A DNA stretch of 64,000 bases from Octopus vulgaris (taxonomy: Eukaryota). Positions 27,043 through 39,769 of this stretch are shown piece after piece. A model generated the notes under the pieces. The model ran no database searches, was not told the DNA's origin, and saw only the letters and a program-made list of their open reading frames with translations. A program made the position numbers and the translations under genes. Numbering within the stretch: position 1 is the first letter of the stretch; each line of letters opens with the position of its first letter. The stretch covers positions 143,344,001-143,408,000 of the forward strand of contig OX597815.1 in assembly GCA_951406725.2 (NCBI GenBank). The letters are read 5' to 3'.

Positions 27043-27289
27043 TACTACCATTATTATTATTATTATTATTAATATCATTATTATCTTAATGTTTTACAAC
27101 TTGGAACATGTGAAAAGTGAAGCTCAATGAGTTTCTTTAGTGAGCCAGGTTCAGAATTCAGCGTCATCCTCTTTCACTCCAATTCTGCTTTTGAGAAAGG
27201 TATATAAATTGGAATAGACTATTAAATCTGCAGGTATATGTTTGAATTAGACAGTATTATTGCTATTTATTGCTACTTAGATAGGTACA

Positions 27290-29445
27290 AGATCAAAAGT
27301 GAAGAAGGGAAGGAAGAGATCAACCTAGGATATGTTTAATCCTAGTACATGAAAGGAGAGAGATCAAGCAAATATGTAACAGGTATTAATGGTTAAAAAG
27401 GACAAATCTACACATGATATAAACTGGTAGTCATGTTTGTCAGGTAAAGTTAAGCTCTATAGGGATTTGAACTCAGAATGACAACGAAAAATCTAAATGA
27501 TGCAATATATTTGATTTGACATGTTAGTATTCTTCTCAGAGCACCACCTAAAATAATAACTTTTAATCATAGGCAAATGATCAGCAATTTTGTGGAGAGG
27601 GGATCGGTCAGTTATATCACTCCCAGTACTTTGTTTTTATTGACCCCCAGGAGAAAGAAAGACAATGTAGGCATTGGCAGAATTTGAATTAAGAATCTAA
27701 ACAGTTGAAAAAAAAAAGGCATTTTTGTCTGTTGCTCTAGTTATTCTGTCAACCTGGAAACATATGACTGTTTCTGAATTTGACACAAGATGAACAATTT
27801 TAAGGGGAGAGAAAAAACTGATTTAACTGATAACGGTGCTTATTTACCAACCCCAAAAGGACATAAGGCAAATTTGAATTCAGTGACATTTGAACACGAA
27901 ATGTAAAGAACAAGAAAAAAAGGTGCTAAGTATTTTGTCCAGTACTGTAACAACTGTATCAGCTCACCACCTTAATAATATTAATAATAATCCTTTCTAC
28001 TATAGACACAAGGTCTGAAATTGTTGGGGAGGAGATTAGTCGATTACATCGACCCCAGTGTTTTACTGGTACTTAATTTATCGACTCTGAAAGGACGAAA
28101 GGCAAAGTCAACCTCAGCAGAATTGGAACTCAGAACATAGTGAGAGACAAAATACTGCTAAGCATTTCACCTGGCTTGCTAACAATTCTGCTAGCTTGCC
28201 GCCTTCAACTTAATAATACTAACAACAATGGTTTCATACTATGGCACAAGGCCAGCAATTTCAAGGAAATGGGTAAGTCAATTACATCAGCCCCAGTGCT
28301 CAACTTGTATTTATTTCATCAGCAAGGCAAAGTCAACCTCCACAAAATTTGAACAGTACATAAAGATGACTAGAATGCTGCTTAGCATTTTGTCTAATGT
28401 ACAAACAATTTTGCCAGTTTTCCACCTCATTAATGATGATATATGATGATGATGATAATAATAATAATAATATTAATAATAATTCTGATGCAGTATCAGG
28501 CAGTGGCTCTCATAGCGTCTTATCTTAACTAATTGGAAGTGTTATCATGTACGTTGTTTTGTCTTGGGGGCTACAGCAAATATTCAGCTCAATACCACAG
28601 ATTTGCTTGTCAGTTGTTTGACCTTAACCAGTTGAGCATGTCCCTTAGTGGCTGGCGATGTGTGCATCTCTGATCACAAGCAGAAGTATAGGGGGAGCAT
28701 CATAGCCATGTGCTGAGAGGAATTCTTTGGGGTTTGGATAATTCACCTTTGGAAACATGGGTGCTTTGTTCAACATCCTTAAACAACCCTTATTCAGGGA
28801 CCTTTTGAGTGGGATGTGCCACTCGACCTGAAGAAAATGCTAACTGGGCCCCACCTGCAATGTCATGCACTGTTTATCTTGATGTAAGATCACCATGTAG
28901 CGTACATATGGTTATAATGCATGTGCCTGGTGTACCCTTATCAGATGAGTAGTCATGGTGGGTATACTGGACTTCATATATTTTACCCCAGTGTCACTTT
29001 GATAGTATGCACTGCTCTCTCACTCAATAATAATAATCCTTTCTACTATGGGAACAAGTTCTGAGATCTTGGAGGAGGGAAAAAGTTGATGACATCAACC
29101 CCAGCACGTAACAGGTACTTATTTCATTGACCCTGAAAGGATGAAAGGCAAAGTCAACCTCAGTAGAATTTGAACTCAAAACATAAAGACAGACAAAACA
29201 CTGCTCAGCTCCCAGTGTGCAAACAATTCAACCAGCTCACCGCTTTATTAATAATAATAAGAACAGCAACAGCTTCAAATTTTGGCACAAAATCAGCAAG
29301 CTAATAACATTGAACATTGAACCCTGTACTTGAGAAATACTTTTTATTAACTCTTCAGAGATCATAGTCAACTTTCGTGGATTTGAACTCAGAACGTGAA
29401 GCAAGGCATTTTGTTCGATGCTCTAACAATTCTGCCAATCCACCA
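27290..29445 (-). mobile_element. Head-to-tail chain of seven SINE family M copies separated by (AAT)n
   Basis: Copies at ~27290-27550, 27560-27750, 27775-27972, 27990-28205, 28228-28430, 29038-29245 and 29275-29445, each with an atttgaa(c)tca-type B-box complement. Confidence 0.75.
28486..29035 (+). mobile_element. ~540-bp non-coding retroelement 3' portion with (AAT)n tail
   Basis: tgatgcagtatcaggcagtggctctcat...gcactgctctctcactcaataataat. Inverted relative to 26252-26752. Confidence 0.75.
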
Positions 29446-30353
29446 CAAAGATTATGATGGTGGTGGTAGTGGTGGTGATGGTGGTGGTGGTGGCGGTGAT
29501 GGTGGTGGTGATAGTGGGGATAATAATAATAATAATAGTAAACAATAGCAACAGTAACAACAGAGCAACATAATGGTTTAGTTTTTTACATCTGATATGA
29601 AAAAGTGAAGAAAGGTTATTTAATTACCAAATTACTTTGCTAACTAATTAATCAGCTGAGTAAATAAGTAGCAATTAATTATTTAATTTAAAAATCTACA
29701 CAATTAATTAAGTAAAAAACATGGAAATACAGGATGGTGTTTCATGTTGAGTATAATACAGCGGGAAAAGGGCTTTACACATTGTTTAAACACTCACATA
29801 GACGTGTAGTTCTCCACACACATGAAAATAACCACCAAATAATTACTATCAAAATTTGTATATAAATGTGTAAGCACACAAACTCTTTCACAAACACAGA
29901 CACACACACATATACATATATACAATGACACACACACACACACACACATTGTATACATGTACATACAATGAAGCTTTCACATGTTTTAATACAAACACAC
30001 AAAGTATATATATATATATATATGCACACACAACACACACACATATATATATATATATACATATTTATAAATATGTATCTTTATATGTATGTATGCATAC
30101 GTGTACATGTATGTGTGTATCTGTCTGTCTATGTGTTTATGTAGATACATTAGTGCGTACGCACGTGTGTGTGTTTGTGTAATTATTTACACTCACATTT
30201 TTGTCAACAAATGAAAAATAAATACTCAAACTATAATGTAGATTCTGTATTTATCAGGAATCAGTTGGTACTCAGAGTTGTGAACCACATTGCTCTCATT
30301 TGAGCAACAATGAAATGAATCATGTGTGCACAATTATAAGTAATAACAACCAC

Positions 30354-30395
<42 letters not shown>

Positions 30396-30529
30396 CATTA
30401 TGATAATAATCATAATGATAATAATAATAATAATTAATAATAATATTAAAAAGATGAAGAAGTATTATTTTTATTAATATTATTATTATGTACACAGTGT
30501 GTGTATATATGTATATATATACTAGCTTC

Positions 30530-30830
30530 ACCATACTGGCACATGAAAAAAATATTCGAGCAGGGTCGTTGCCAGTGCTGCTGGACTGGCTCCTGTGCAG
30601 GCGGCACGTAAAAAACACCATTTGAGCTTGGCCATTGCCAGTACCACCTGACTGGCACGTAAAAGCACCCACTACACTCTTAGAGTGGTTGGCGTTAGGA
30701 AGGGCATCCAGCTGTAGAAACTCTGCCAGGTCAAGATTGGAGCCTGGTGCATCCATCTGGTTCACCAGTCCTCAGTCAAATCGTCTAACCCATGTTAGCA
30801 TGGAAAATGAACGTTAAACGATGATGATAT
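30530..30830 (+). mobile_element. RTE-tail element
   Basis: ggcacgtaaaa tandem units, conserved 3' block and gatgatgat tail. Confidence 0.75.
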
Positions 30831-30843
30831 ATATATATATATA

Positions 30844-31407
30844 CAGGGTGGTCCAAAAGGAGGTTTACAGTTATTTATCTATCTTTCGCATTCATATAAC
30901 AGTTTAGATCTAATTATAAAAAAATATGAAACCATTATTCAGCAAGATCAAGCATCTTCACATTATGTACTGACAGTAATAGACTATCTTAACCAAGCCT
31001 TTCCACAATGTTGGTTTGGAAGATGGAGCAGCATCGAATGGCCACCATGTTCACCTGACCTGACACCAGTGGATTTCCACTTTTGGGGTGTTGTAAAGAA
31101 CAAGGCTTATGAGAAGAATCCCAAAACAGTAAATGAATATAAAAGATTACATTTCTGATGCATTCACTGAAATTGATGAAGATCGGAATTTATGCCGCAC
31201 CATGTGTCAGAGTGTTCTGAAGAGGTTTGAAGAATGTTGCAATGTTGAAGGAGGACATTTTGAGCATCTGAGAGATTAAACATTGTCTGTTTAAGATGTG
31301 CAGAAACAATATGATTGTAAGCTAGAAATTTAAATGGAATAAAATGTTTTAAACGGAATTTAAAGTGCTTACTCATAATTGTAAACCTACTTTTGGGGGC
31401 CACCCTA
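30844..31407 (+). mobile_element. Internally deleted Tc1/mariner-superfamily transposon
   Basis: TA-flanked TIRs cagggtggtccaaaaggaggtttaca / tgtaaacctacttttgggggccacccta. The interior encodes WFGRWSSIEWPPCSPDLTPVDFHFWGVVKNKAY and CCNVEGGHFEHL. Confidence 0.85.
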
Positions 31408-31472
31408 TATTTATATATATATATATATAAATTTTGTATATTATATATATATATATATATAAATTTCTTTTA

Positions 31473-31514
<42 letters not shown>

Positions 31515-31520
<6 letters not shown>

Positions 31521-31689
31521 TTTCTCCGTCTTCCCTTCTTTGGACTTTTCCTTTCTTCTATATTTCTGACAAAGAGCTCAGCTCGAAACGTTAAATCCTC
31601 TTCCTTTCTTTCCTTCCTGAGCATCCAATAACACTATACTTGTTCCATGTCCTCACGTTGTTGTGTTTTCTCTTTGTTCATGTTTGGAT

Positions 31690-31695
<6 letters not shown>
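31515..31695 (+). mobile_element. Short Penelope-pLTR-like element in (TA)n carrying a hammerhead motif
   Basis: ~180-bp pyrimidine-rich unit between long (TA)n tracts. Similar in layout to 60668-60850 on the minus strand. Confidence 0.6.
31562..31597 (+). ncRNA. Minimal hammerhead ribozyme motif (G8 mutated)
   Basis: attt-CTGACAA-a-gagc tca gctc-GAAA-cgtt-aaat: stem I attt/aaat, perfect 4-bp stem II, palindromic acgt in place of stem III. Confidence 0.6.
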
Positions 31696-31753
<58 letters not shown>

Positions 31754-31756
<3 letters not shown>

Positions 31757-31915
31757 TCATCATCATCATCATTTATCGTCCGCTTTCCATGCTAGCATGG
31801 GTTGGACGGTTCAACTGGGGTCTGTGAAGCCAGAAGGCTGCATCAGGCCCAGTCTGATCTGGCAGTGTTTCTACGGCTGGATGCCCTTCCTAACGCCAAC
31901 CACTCCGTGAGTGTA
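31754..31915 (-). mobile_element. RTE-tail element (young, short)
   Basis: (CAT)n followed by the conserved block with CpGs retained. Confidence 0.8.
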
Positions 31916-32003
31916 ATCAGAAGTAAAGATTACTAATTTTTTAATAATAAATGATTATTAACTTTTAACTCTTCATTTTCTTTTCTTTAATCAACTGAAC
32001 ATG

Positions 32004-32044
<41 letters not shown>

Positions 32045-32809
32045 GACAGATGGGTAGATATATGGAAAGAAATATAACCTTTGCTGCTTGCATGGGCGTA
32101 TACATGCAGGCTCTTTCTCTCACTCACACACACACGTTTGGAGAAAGAGAATGAGACTTAAATGAGAGAAAAAAGAATATAATATACACATATAATAAAA
32201 ATCATACACATACACACATGTGCATAGACTCACATGCACACATAGTACAAACTGTAACTTTGATTCCAGTACAGGTGCCAATATTTACATATATGTATAT
32301 GTGTGTGTGTGTGTACATATACATATATATATACATATACACACAATACATATATGCACATATGTACAGATAAATGCACTTGATATCAGATAGAAATAAA
32401 TACACACACGTACATATAATATATATATATGGTTGTCATTTGTGTAGCACATTAAATGGTTGTTAACGGCTACTATACAAACATTCACCTGAAGATTGTT
32501 ATAGAACATGAAAGCACTTGTAACATTGTAAAGTGTAAAATTGTAAAAATTGTAAGACTATGAAACAATAATGGGAAAATTGGACTTATATAGTAAACAA
32601 TGAACCCAAAAGGAAAACAACACGGGCAGGAAATGTTTTAGTAAATGTTGTTAGCAATGTTGTTAAGTCTGTGTGTTTCTCACCATTTCATGGGACACAA
32701 CTGTAAGAGGGAAGTATGGTCGCCCAATACTCATCATCTTATTACCTTCCATTAATGTTATTTATTGATTTCACCAGAAAAATCTCTCAGAAGTAGTTAG
32801 CATTATAAA

Positions 32810-33825
32810 AAGGCATCCAACTGTAGAAACCATGCCAAAACAGACTGTAGAGGCTTGACGCAAACCTCTCGTTTACCAGTTCTTGTGAAACCCATCCAAC
32901 CCATGCCAGTATGGAAGATGTACATTAACTGATGATGAAATAGAAAAATGTTGACAACTACGCTGTTATGGTCATGTGTTGCATATGGATGAGGACAGTT
33001 GTGTAAAGAAGTACCGTTCCCCGACTGTAGAAGAAACTTGTGGTAGAGGTAGACCCAGGAAGACAAGGGATGAGGTGGTGAAGCATGATCTCCAAAGTTT
33101 GGACCTCACAGAGGAAATGACTAGTGACCGAGCCCTTTGGCAATATGCTGTGCTTGAGAAGACCTGTCAAGCCAAGTGAAATCACAGTTGTGGCTGATGC
33201 TGGTGTCACATAAACAGCACCCATGCAGGTGGCATGTAAATAGCACTTTTTAGCATTGAGCCCCATGGAGGCAAACTGGTTGAGCTCCTTTCAAATTCTG
33301 GGTCTCACAGAGGCAATAACCAAGATCTTTGGCATTATGTTTGTTCTTGAGAAGAAGACCCATCAAGCCAAGTAAAACCGCAGTTGTGACAGTTACTGGT
33401 GTCATGCAAATGGCACCCATGCTGGTGACACATAAAGGCACCTTTTGAGCACTGGGCCTCATAGAGGTAAAGACCAAGACCATTTGACATTATGCCATGC
33501 TTTGAGCATTGGGCCTCAAGGAGACAATGACCAAGTCCATTTAGCATTATGCTGGGCTTGACAAGAAGACCCACGATGCCAAGTAAAATCAGTCATAGCA
33601 GATATTGTCATGCAAAATGGCACCCATGCCAGTGGCATATAGAAGCATTCATTACACTCTCAGAGTGGTTGGTATTAGGAAGGGCATCCAGCCATAGAAA
33701 CCATGCCAAAACAGACTGGAGTCTGGTGCAGCCTTCCAGTTTGCCAGCCCTGGTCAAACCATCCAGCCCATGCCAGCATGGACAACAGATGTTAAATGAT
33801 GATGATGATGATGATGATGATGATA
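32810..33825 (+). mobile_element. RTE-clade LINE 3' fragment (ORF C-terminus, tandem-repeat 3'UTR, (GAT)n tail) preceded by a second tail fragment
   Basis: 32957-33179 encodes LRCYGHVLHMDEDSCVKKYRSPTVEETCGRGRPRKTRDEVVKHDL, the RTE RLRWxGHV...GRGRPRKTW motif. It runs into the same 3' block as the short RTE-tail elements. Confidence 0.85.
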
Positions 33826-34849
33826 TATATATATATGAAGGAAAATAGGGATTAAATAAATCCAAGCAAATATCTCTTTAAGCATTCTGCAAAAATCAAA
33901 CCTGGCTAACTAAATTCTCCATGTTCCACATATTACTTAGAGTTCTGTGTGTGAACTTCAAAGAAAAAAACACACTCAGATCCTAGGACATCAGAAAGAA
34001 AGCTCTGTGTGTGTGTGTGTGTCTGTGTGTGTGTGTGTGTGTGTCTGTGTGTGTTATGCAGATGAGACAAGAACTTCTTAGTCACACATGCAAGACTGTA
34101 CCAGTACAGATGTGGCAGTGTTAGAGAATCAGCCATTAATTCATTGGCTTTGAGTATTTAGTTCCATTCTTCTCATGGGTAACTTAGAAGATATTGACTG
34201 GTGCTCCATGCAAAAGGATATTTATCTCTGTTACCTACATAATGTTTGCAGAACCCAAACCTAAGCACACACATATCATGATAATTCCGTTATTAATTAG
34301 ATTCTCATCATATTTCATTTATTATTTTGTTGTAATATCAATGGCACTTTATATTTAATCAGAATTCTTCCAGCTTCCTGCAAAAGCAGGCAGGCATCAC
34401 TGATTTCGCCAAACAGGAGTATTCCCCAAGGACTTCTGTAATCTTCATCATCTTCACTTGCTCAGAGACACCTATTAAGTGTGTTAGTTTGTGGTTTCCG
34501 GTAAATATCAATGTTCAACAATCTAAGTTATATTGCATGATACAACATCATATAATATAGCATGCTACAATATATTAGCAGATTATCCATAATTATACCA
34601 CAGCTAGCAGGAATATTATATGTTATTGCATGCTGCTATATCATTGATTATTTATCGTTAGCCTGCATCTAGCAGAAATATCATACAATATAATATAATT
34701 CACACCCCAAGAGTTCCCTGTATGTTTGGTGAGAATATGGATCTTCAACTGGAAAGTTCAATGCCAACAGTAAAGTTTTTTTTTTTTTTGGAGGACCTGC
34801 AGTTGCCTATGTATGCAAGTCTCCCCTCTGCACACACACATACATTTTA

Positions 34850-35065
34850 TTTTTTCTTTGTTTCAGTTATCGGACAGTGGCTATGCTAGGGTACCACCTC
34901 GAAGGATTTAGTTGAACAAACCAACACCAGTACTTATTTTTAAGTTTGGTACTTCTATTGAAACCTTTTGTTGAACTGCTAAGTTATGAGAACGCAAACA
35001 AACCAACACCTGTTGTCTGTGGTGGGGTACAAATTCAAACACACACACACAGACACACACGCACA
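34850..35065 (-). mobile_element. SINE family K 3' half
   Basis: tgtttcagtta...ctgctaagttatg...aaccaacacc, followed by (CA)n. Confidence 0.6.
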
Positions 35066-37462
35066 TATACAACAGGTTATCAAAAGCAGCTGGTCAGGTA
35101 GCAGTTGAGGTGAAGAAGTATAAGCTGTAGTAGTGTGATTGTTATTGGTGATCAGGAGAAATATGGTCCTCTCTAAATCCACTATGAAAAAAGTCACCGT
35201 TCTGATGGTCAACACAAGCTAGAAAAAAGTTCTGATGGTCAACACAAGCTAGAACCACAATACTATAAATAGTCACTGACCACTTTGGCTTTTTTACGAA
35301 CCCCATGAGATTGGATCTCATATGTCTGTATTTATAAAAAGCCTGACCTAAACCAAAGAGTATTCACTGATGTAGCAACACCAGTAATAATAATAATATA
35401 ACAAAAACACCAGGACTAACAAGTATATATAACATACAGAAAATAGCACTGCTAGGCACTGCACACATCCTACATAAAACACTTTCAATACAGTAAAAAT
35501 AAGATTATCACAACAAACCACAGCACACACCCAAGGCACACAGAGCTGTGCTTGGTAGTGCAGTGAAAGCATGTGATAAAAATAAGACTACTGAATAATT
35601 AAATTAATAATATCACAGAATGACAAAACATAAACATAGCCACTGTTATGAGGAAACAACAAAAATAGTGAGAATAACTTAATCTGCGAAAACCCTTAAA
35701 TAGATCTATTTAGCCCTTATTTACTCCTATTAAAAGTAAAACATCATATCTGTCTATTTACACATACAAAGTAGGTCTAAGGAGAGGACAAGTGTCTTAT
35801 CTCAACTCCTTCATCTTCCCATGAAACCCAGCAACCATTAAGGCTACTTGACTTTGTTCACCAAATACCATTGTGGTTAAGATATTGTTATACTGGACTC
35901 AGCAGGTACTCTGAACAGTTATATTTGCACAAATAGTTAGTACTACATCAGATACTACTACTACTACTTTTTCTTTATTCCCTAGCTGACAACTGGAAGA
36001 GGAGGCTGTCCTCTCAACCATTATGTGGCTCTAGGTGCTGCTGGATCATGAACTCTGGTGATGATGTTATTCCATGCTTTGTGATCCATGGTGCTTGCCT
36101 CAATATGCTAGAATCCGAGGTGCTGCAACTTGAGGTCTTCCTCAATTTGTCTCACCTATGTCTTTCTTTGGTGCACTGCGCCGGATTCTACTACTATACA
36201 ATTTCATTAATACTATGGCCATTATTGACAGAGTAATAATTATAGTGGTTTCTAATTCAGACACAAGGCCAGCAATTTTGAGGGTTGGGAGATGGTCGGT
36301 TACACCAACCTCTGTACTTGATTAGCAATTTATTTTGTCAAACCTGAAACAATAATGTGTTGACCTCAATGGGATTTGAACTCAACAAACAAGGCATGAA
36401 ATTTTTCCCAACACTTTAATGCCCCTGCCAACCTTAACTGGTGTCAGTGTGAAAGTATGTTTGATAGCCGTAGGCATCACAGTGTCACCTCAACAGGAGT
36501 GTCACTACAAACATGTCTTATCTCTCACTAGATGTATGACTTCCTTCTCTGATGTAGTACTGACAAGAGAGAGAGAGAGAAGGGAATTCACACACCCATT
36601 TCGACACCAATGAATTTGTCTCCTACTGCTGCTGCTGCCAGCACCACCTAGAGGCTATGTGGAGAACTGGTAAAGAGGAATAGGAAATACGGTTAGAATT
36701 TATTGAAATATAAATTGAATCTACTTAAATGATGATGATGATAAGAAAGAGCAGTGGTGGTGGTGGCAGTGGTGATGATGATGATGATGATGTTGGTAGC
36801 AAAGAGCAGTGCAGTCAAATAGAAGAATGACATAAATCAACTTGTTCTTATATAACCTGATTCCTGTCTCGCTTTCGGCAGAACATTTACCAATGGGAAT
36901 AAGTCAAAATAAACATAAAAGTAAAGAGGAATAAAATCCTTTCCAAAAATGATTTATATTCATCAAAGACAGTTTAAGTTTCTTCTCAAAGTCTTGAAGA
37001 AATATCTGTGGGATTCATGCAGGATTTCCTCTTTTAATGGCTTGATTTTGCCCAAAGATTCTAACAAGAGTCAAAGACCTACAATAAGTCAGTAAGAACC
37101 ATAAATCAGGAATCAGGCTGTCATCTTTCTTTATTCTTTTAATTCTTAATGGTTCTTTAGGTGATTAATTTGTTAGGATTTCGCAAAAGACTTAAAGACT
37201 TGGGTTGTATAACGAAGCATAATGTAAGGCCCATATGCCGTGAAGATAAATAACTAGGTAGCCAAGGAATTGAACCGAGTGCTTCAATTTAATAAATGTT
37301 CCTTATACATACCACAGTTAACCAGTGTTTCTTAAGTAGTATCATGGAAGACACATGATAATTTTCAACATAAATTTTCTTTACAAAATAGGTGCATCTT
37401 CCTGTCACAAAATACAGTGTGTATTTGTATGTATGTGTATATATATAATCATCATCCTTTAA

Positions 37463-37673
37463 CCCTTTAGCATTCAGGTTACTCTGTCAAATGTAATGCT
37501 AATTCATTCATATTGATTTGAATTAATCATGCATTATCCCATAGCTTTGAGATTTCAATGATGTGACCGTTTACACATAGAAAGACATTATCAAATAGGT
37601 GTGAGAGGCCAGATCTGGCCAGTTTGAACATAAACAAGTAGAAAATTTTGGGCCAGTTTAAATGCTAAAGGGG
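37463..37673. mobile_element. piggyBac-type MITE
   Basis: TTAA|ccctttagcatt ... aatgctaaagggg|TTAA. Confidence 0.85.
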
Positions 37674-37814
37674 TTAATGTTCATGTTTCATGCTAGCATG
37701 GGCTGGACAGTTTAGCAGGATCTGAAAGGTTTCAACGACTGGACCATGCTCCAGTGCCTACATTGGCTGCCTTTTTTAATGCCAAAATGCAGTATGCCCA
37801 TTTAATTAAAAGGC

Positions 37815-38115
37815 AACCACACCCTGTTGGGTGTGCAATGAGAGTGTACACGATCAACATGTTATGTTGAGAGAAAAACTGGGCATAAGAGAAATCAGAT
37901 GTGTGCAAGAAAGAAGACTGTGCTGATATGGACACATGAAGCAAATGGATTGGGACAACTGTATAAAGTGCTGATTGCTTAAAGGGTTTGAAGCTTGCGG
38001 AAGATGGAGACCAAGGAAGACATGATGAAGAGGTGAAAGCTGAACTCAGCACCTTGAGCCTCTTGGAGGAAAGGACCAGGATGTCTGGTGATATGAAGTT
38101 CTTGAGAAGATCCAC
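37815..38115 (+). mobile_element. Decayed RTE LINE ORF C-terminal fragment
   Basis: gtgcaagaaagaagactgtgctgatatggacacatg (QERRLxWYGH-like) and agaccaaggaagacatgatgaagaggtgaa (RPRKT-like). Confidence 0.6.
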
Positions 38116-39187
38116 TCATCTCAGTGAATCTAAGTTCTGGAAACACAGTGTGTTCTCGACCCACATGTTACATTGATTCATCTCCCAAACATGAAACCAA
38201 ATTACTTCTCAACATGCACTATATTCGCCTCTCTACCCCAACTCCTGCTGCTAACCCAACCATGTCATCTCTCTCCCTTTATTGTCCTCCCCCTGTCAAC
38301 AGTATCATTATTACTATCTTGTTGCTCTCCCCACCTTGCTCTCTTCTGGATCCCTCTATCTTCCCCAATTCATGATTCATCAATTATCCACCCTTCAACC
38401 CTATCCAATTTTTACGGTTTCAGTCTGCCTCCCCATTCCTTCATCTTCTCTTCCCCATACAATCTTGCAAACCCCCAGCCCAGTCATCTACTTCAACTCA
38501 CCTCATACCTTGAGGGGCCACCCAGACACCTCATCCCCACTGCCTATCTCTTGGCAGCTCCAGCTGATCATTCTCTCCTTTGCCTATGAAATGTGAACAG
38601 CCATGCAACTCCTCTACAAGAACTTACTCTGTTCCTCTCACTTCTCTCATACATTAACCCCTTTCTTCCCCATCATAAAGCTGCCCCGCCTCCCTCAGAG
38701 TTCATAGTCTTGTAAACTGCATGGTGACTGCAAAAATGTCGCTGACATGAAAAATACCCAGTACATGTTGTAAAGTGGATGGCCTTAGAAAGGGCATCCA
38801 ACCATAGAAACCATGTCAAAGCAGACAATGGCGCATGATGCAGTCCTTGAACCCATTAGAACTTGTCAAACCATCCACCTACGCCAACATAGAGCATGGA
38901 CATTAAATGATGACGATGATGATGACAATGACAATGATGATGGTGATGGTGAGTTATATTTGTATGCATACACACTCACATATATATATATATATACATA
39001 AGTATAGATAAATATATGCACAGACAAACACATACAACTAAAATACATATCTTCATATACACACATACATATGTATATACACACACACACACTTGTACAC
39101 AGATATATGTGGAAGTTCATAAATGTCTGTTGTATCATCTCAGTATGCATACGATATGAGAACAAATGCCCAAGGTGTGTGTATGCG

Positions 39188-39220
<33 letters not shown>

Positions 39221-39485
39221 ATATGTGTATGTGTGTATATATATGTATGTATGTATTACCCATTACCACCATTGCCACTATACCATATCCAATTTACCAA
39301 TCACTATTGCCGCCAATCTAGAAATGTGGAGTCTGTAAATTAGATTTTCCCCATTTTTATTAGAAAAATTTATTTCTATTTTTATTCCATTATTTTAAGT
39401 TGGTGCTGATGGTGCTGCTAGTTGCAGTGATAGTGATAGGGGTGGTGGTGGTAGTAGTGTTTTCTTTTGTTTCTTTCCATGGAAG

Positions 39486-39526
<41 letters not shown>

Positions 39527-39724
39527 TTAAAAAAATGTTTCTCTCATGATATTGTTCTGCATTTTAATGATGTGATGGCAGTGAGGTGGTGGAGGAGGAG
39601 GAAGAGGAGGAAGGGAAGGTGGTAGTGGTGGTGAAAAAGAGAGACAAACAGACAGACATACAGCAGGCAGATGGTGAGAAGAAAGACTTGTTGAATATAA
39701 GAAAGCAATTGCATGAAAGAACTA

Positions 39725-39769
<45 letters not shown>

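Noticed and set aside
27090-27235. Exon hidden in the loop of the SINE palindrome
   Set aside because: All three frames from the candidate acceptor hit stops, and an ATG-initiated frame ends in the wrong phase for exon C.
34360-34471. Possible minus-strand exon after ttaatag
   Set aside because: Stop codon in the phase required by exon B and no donor site.
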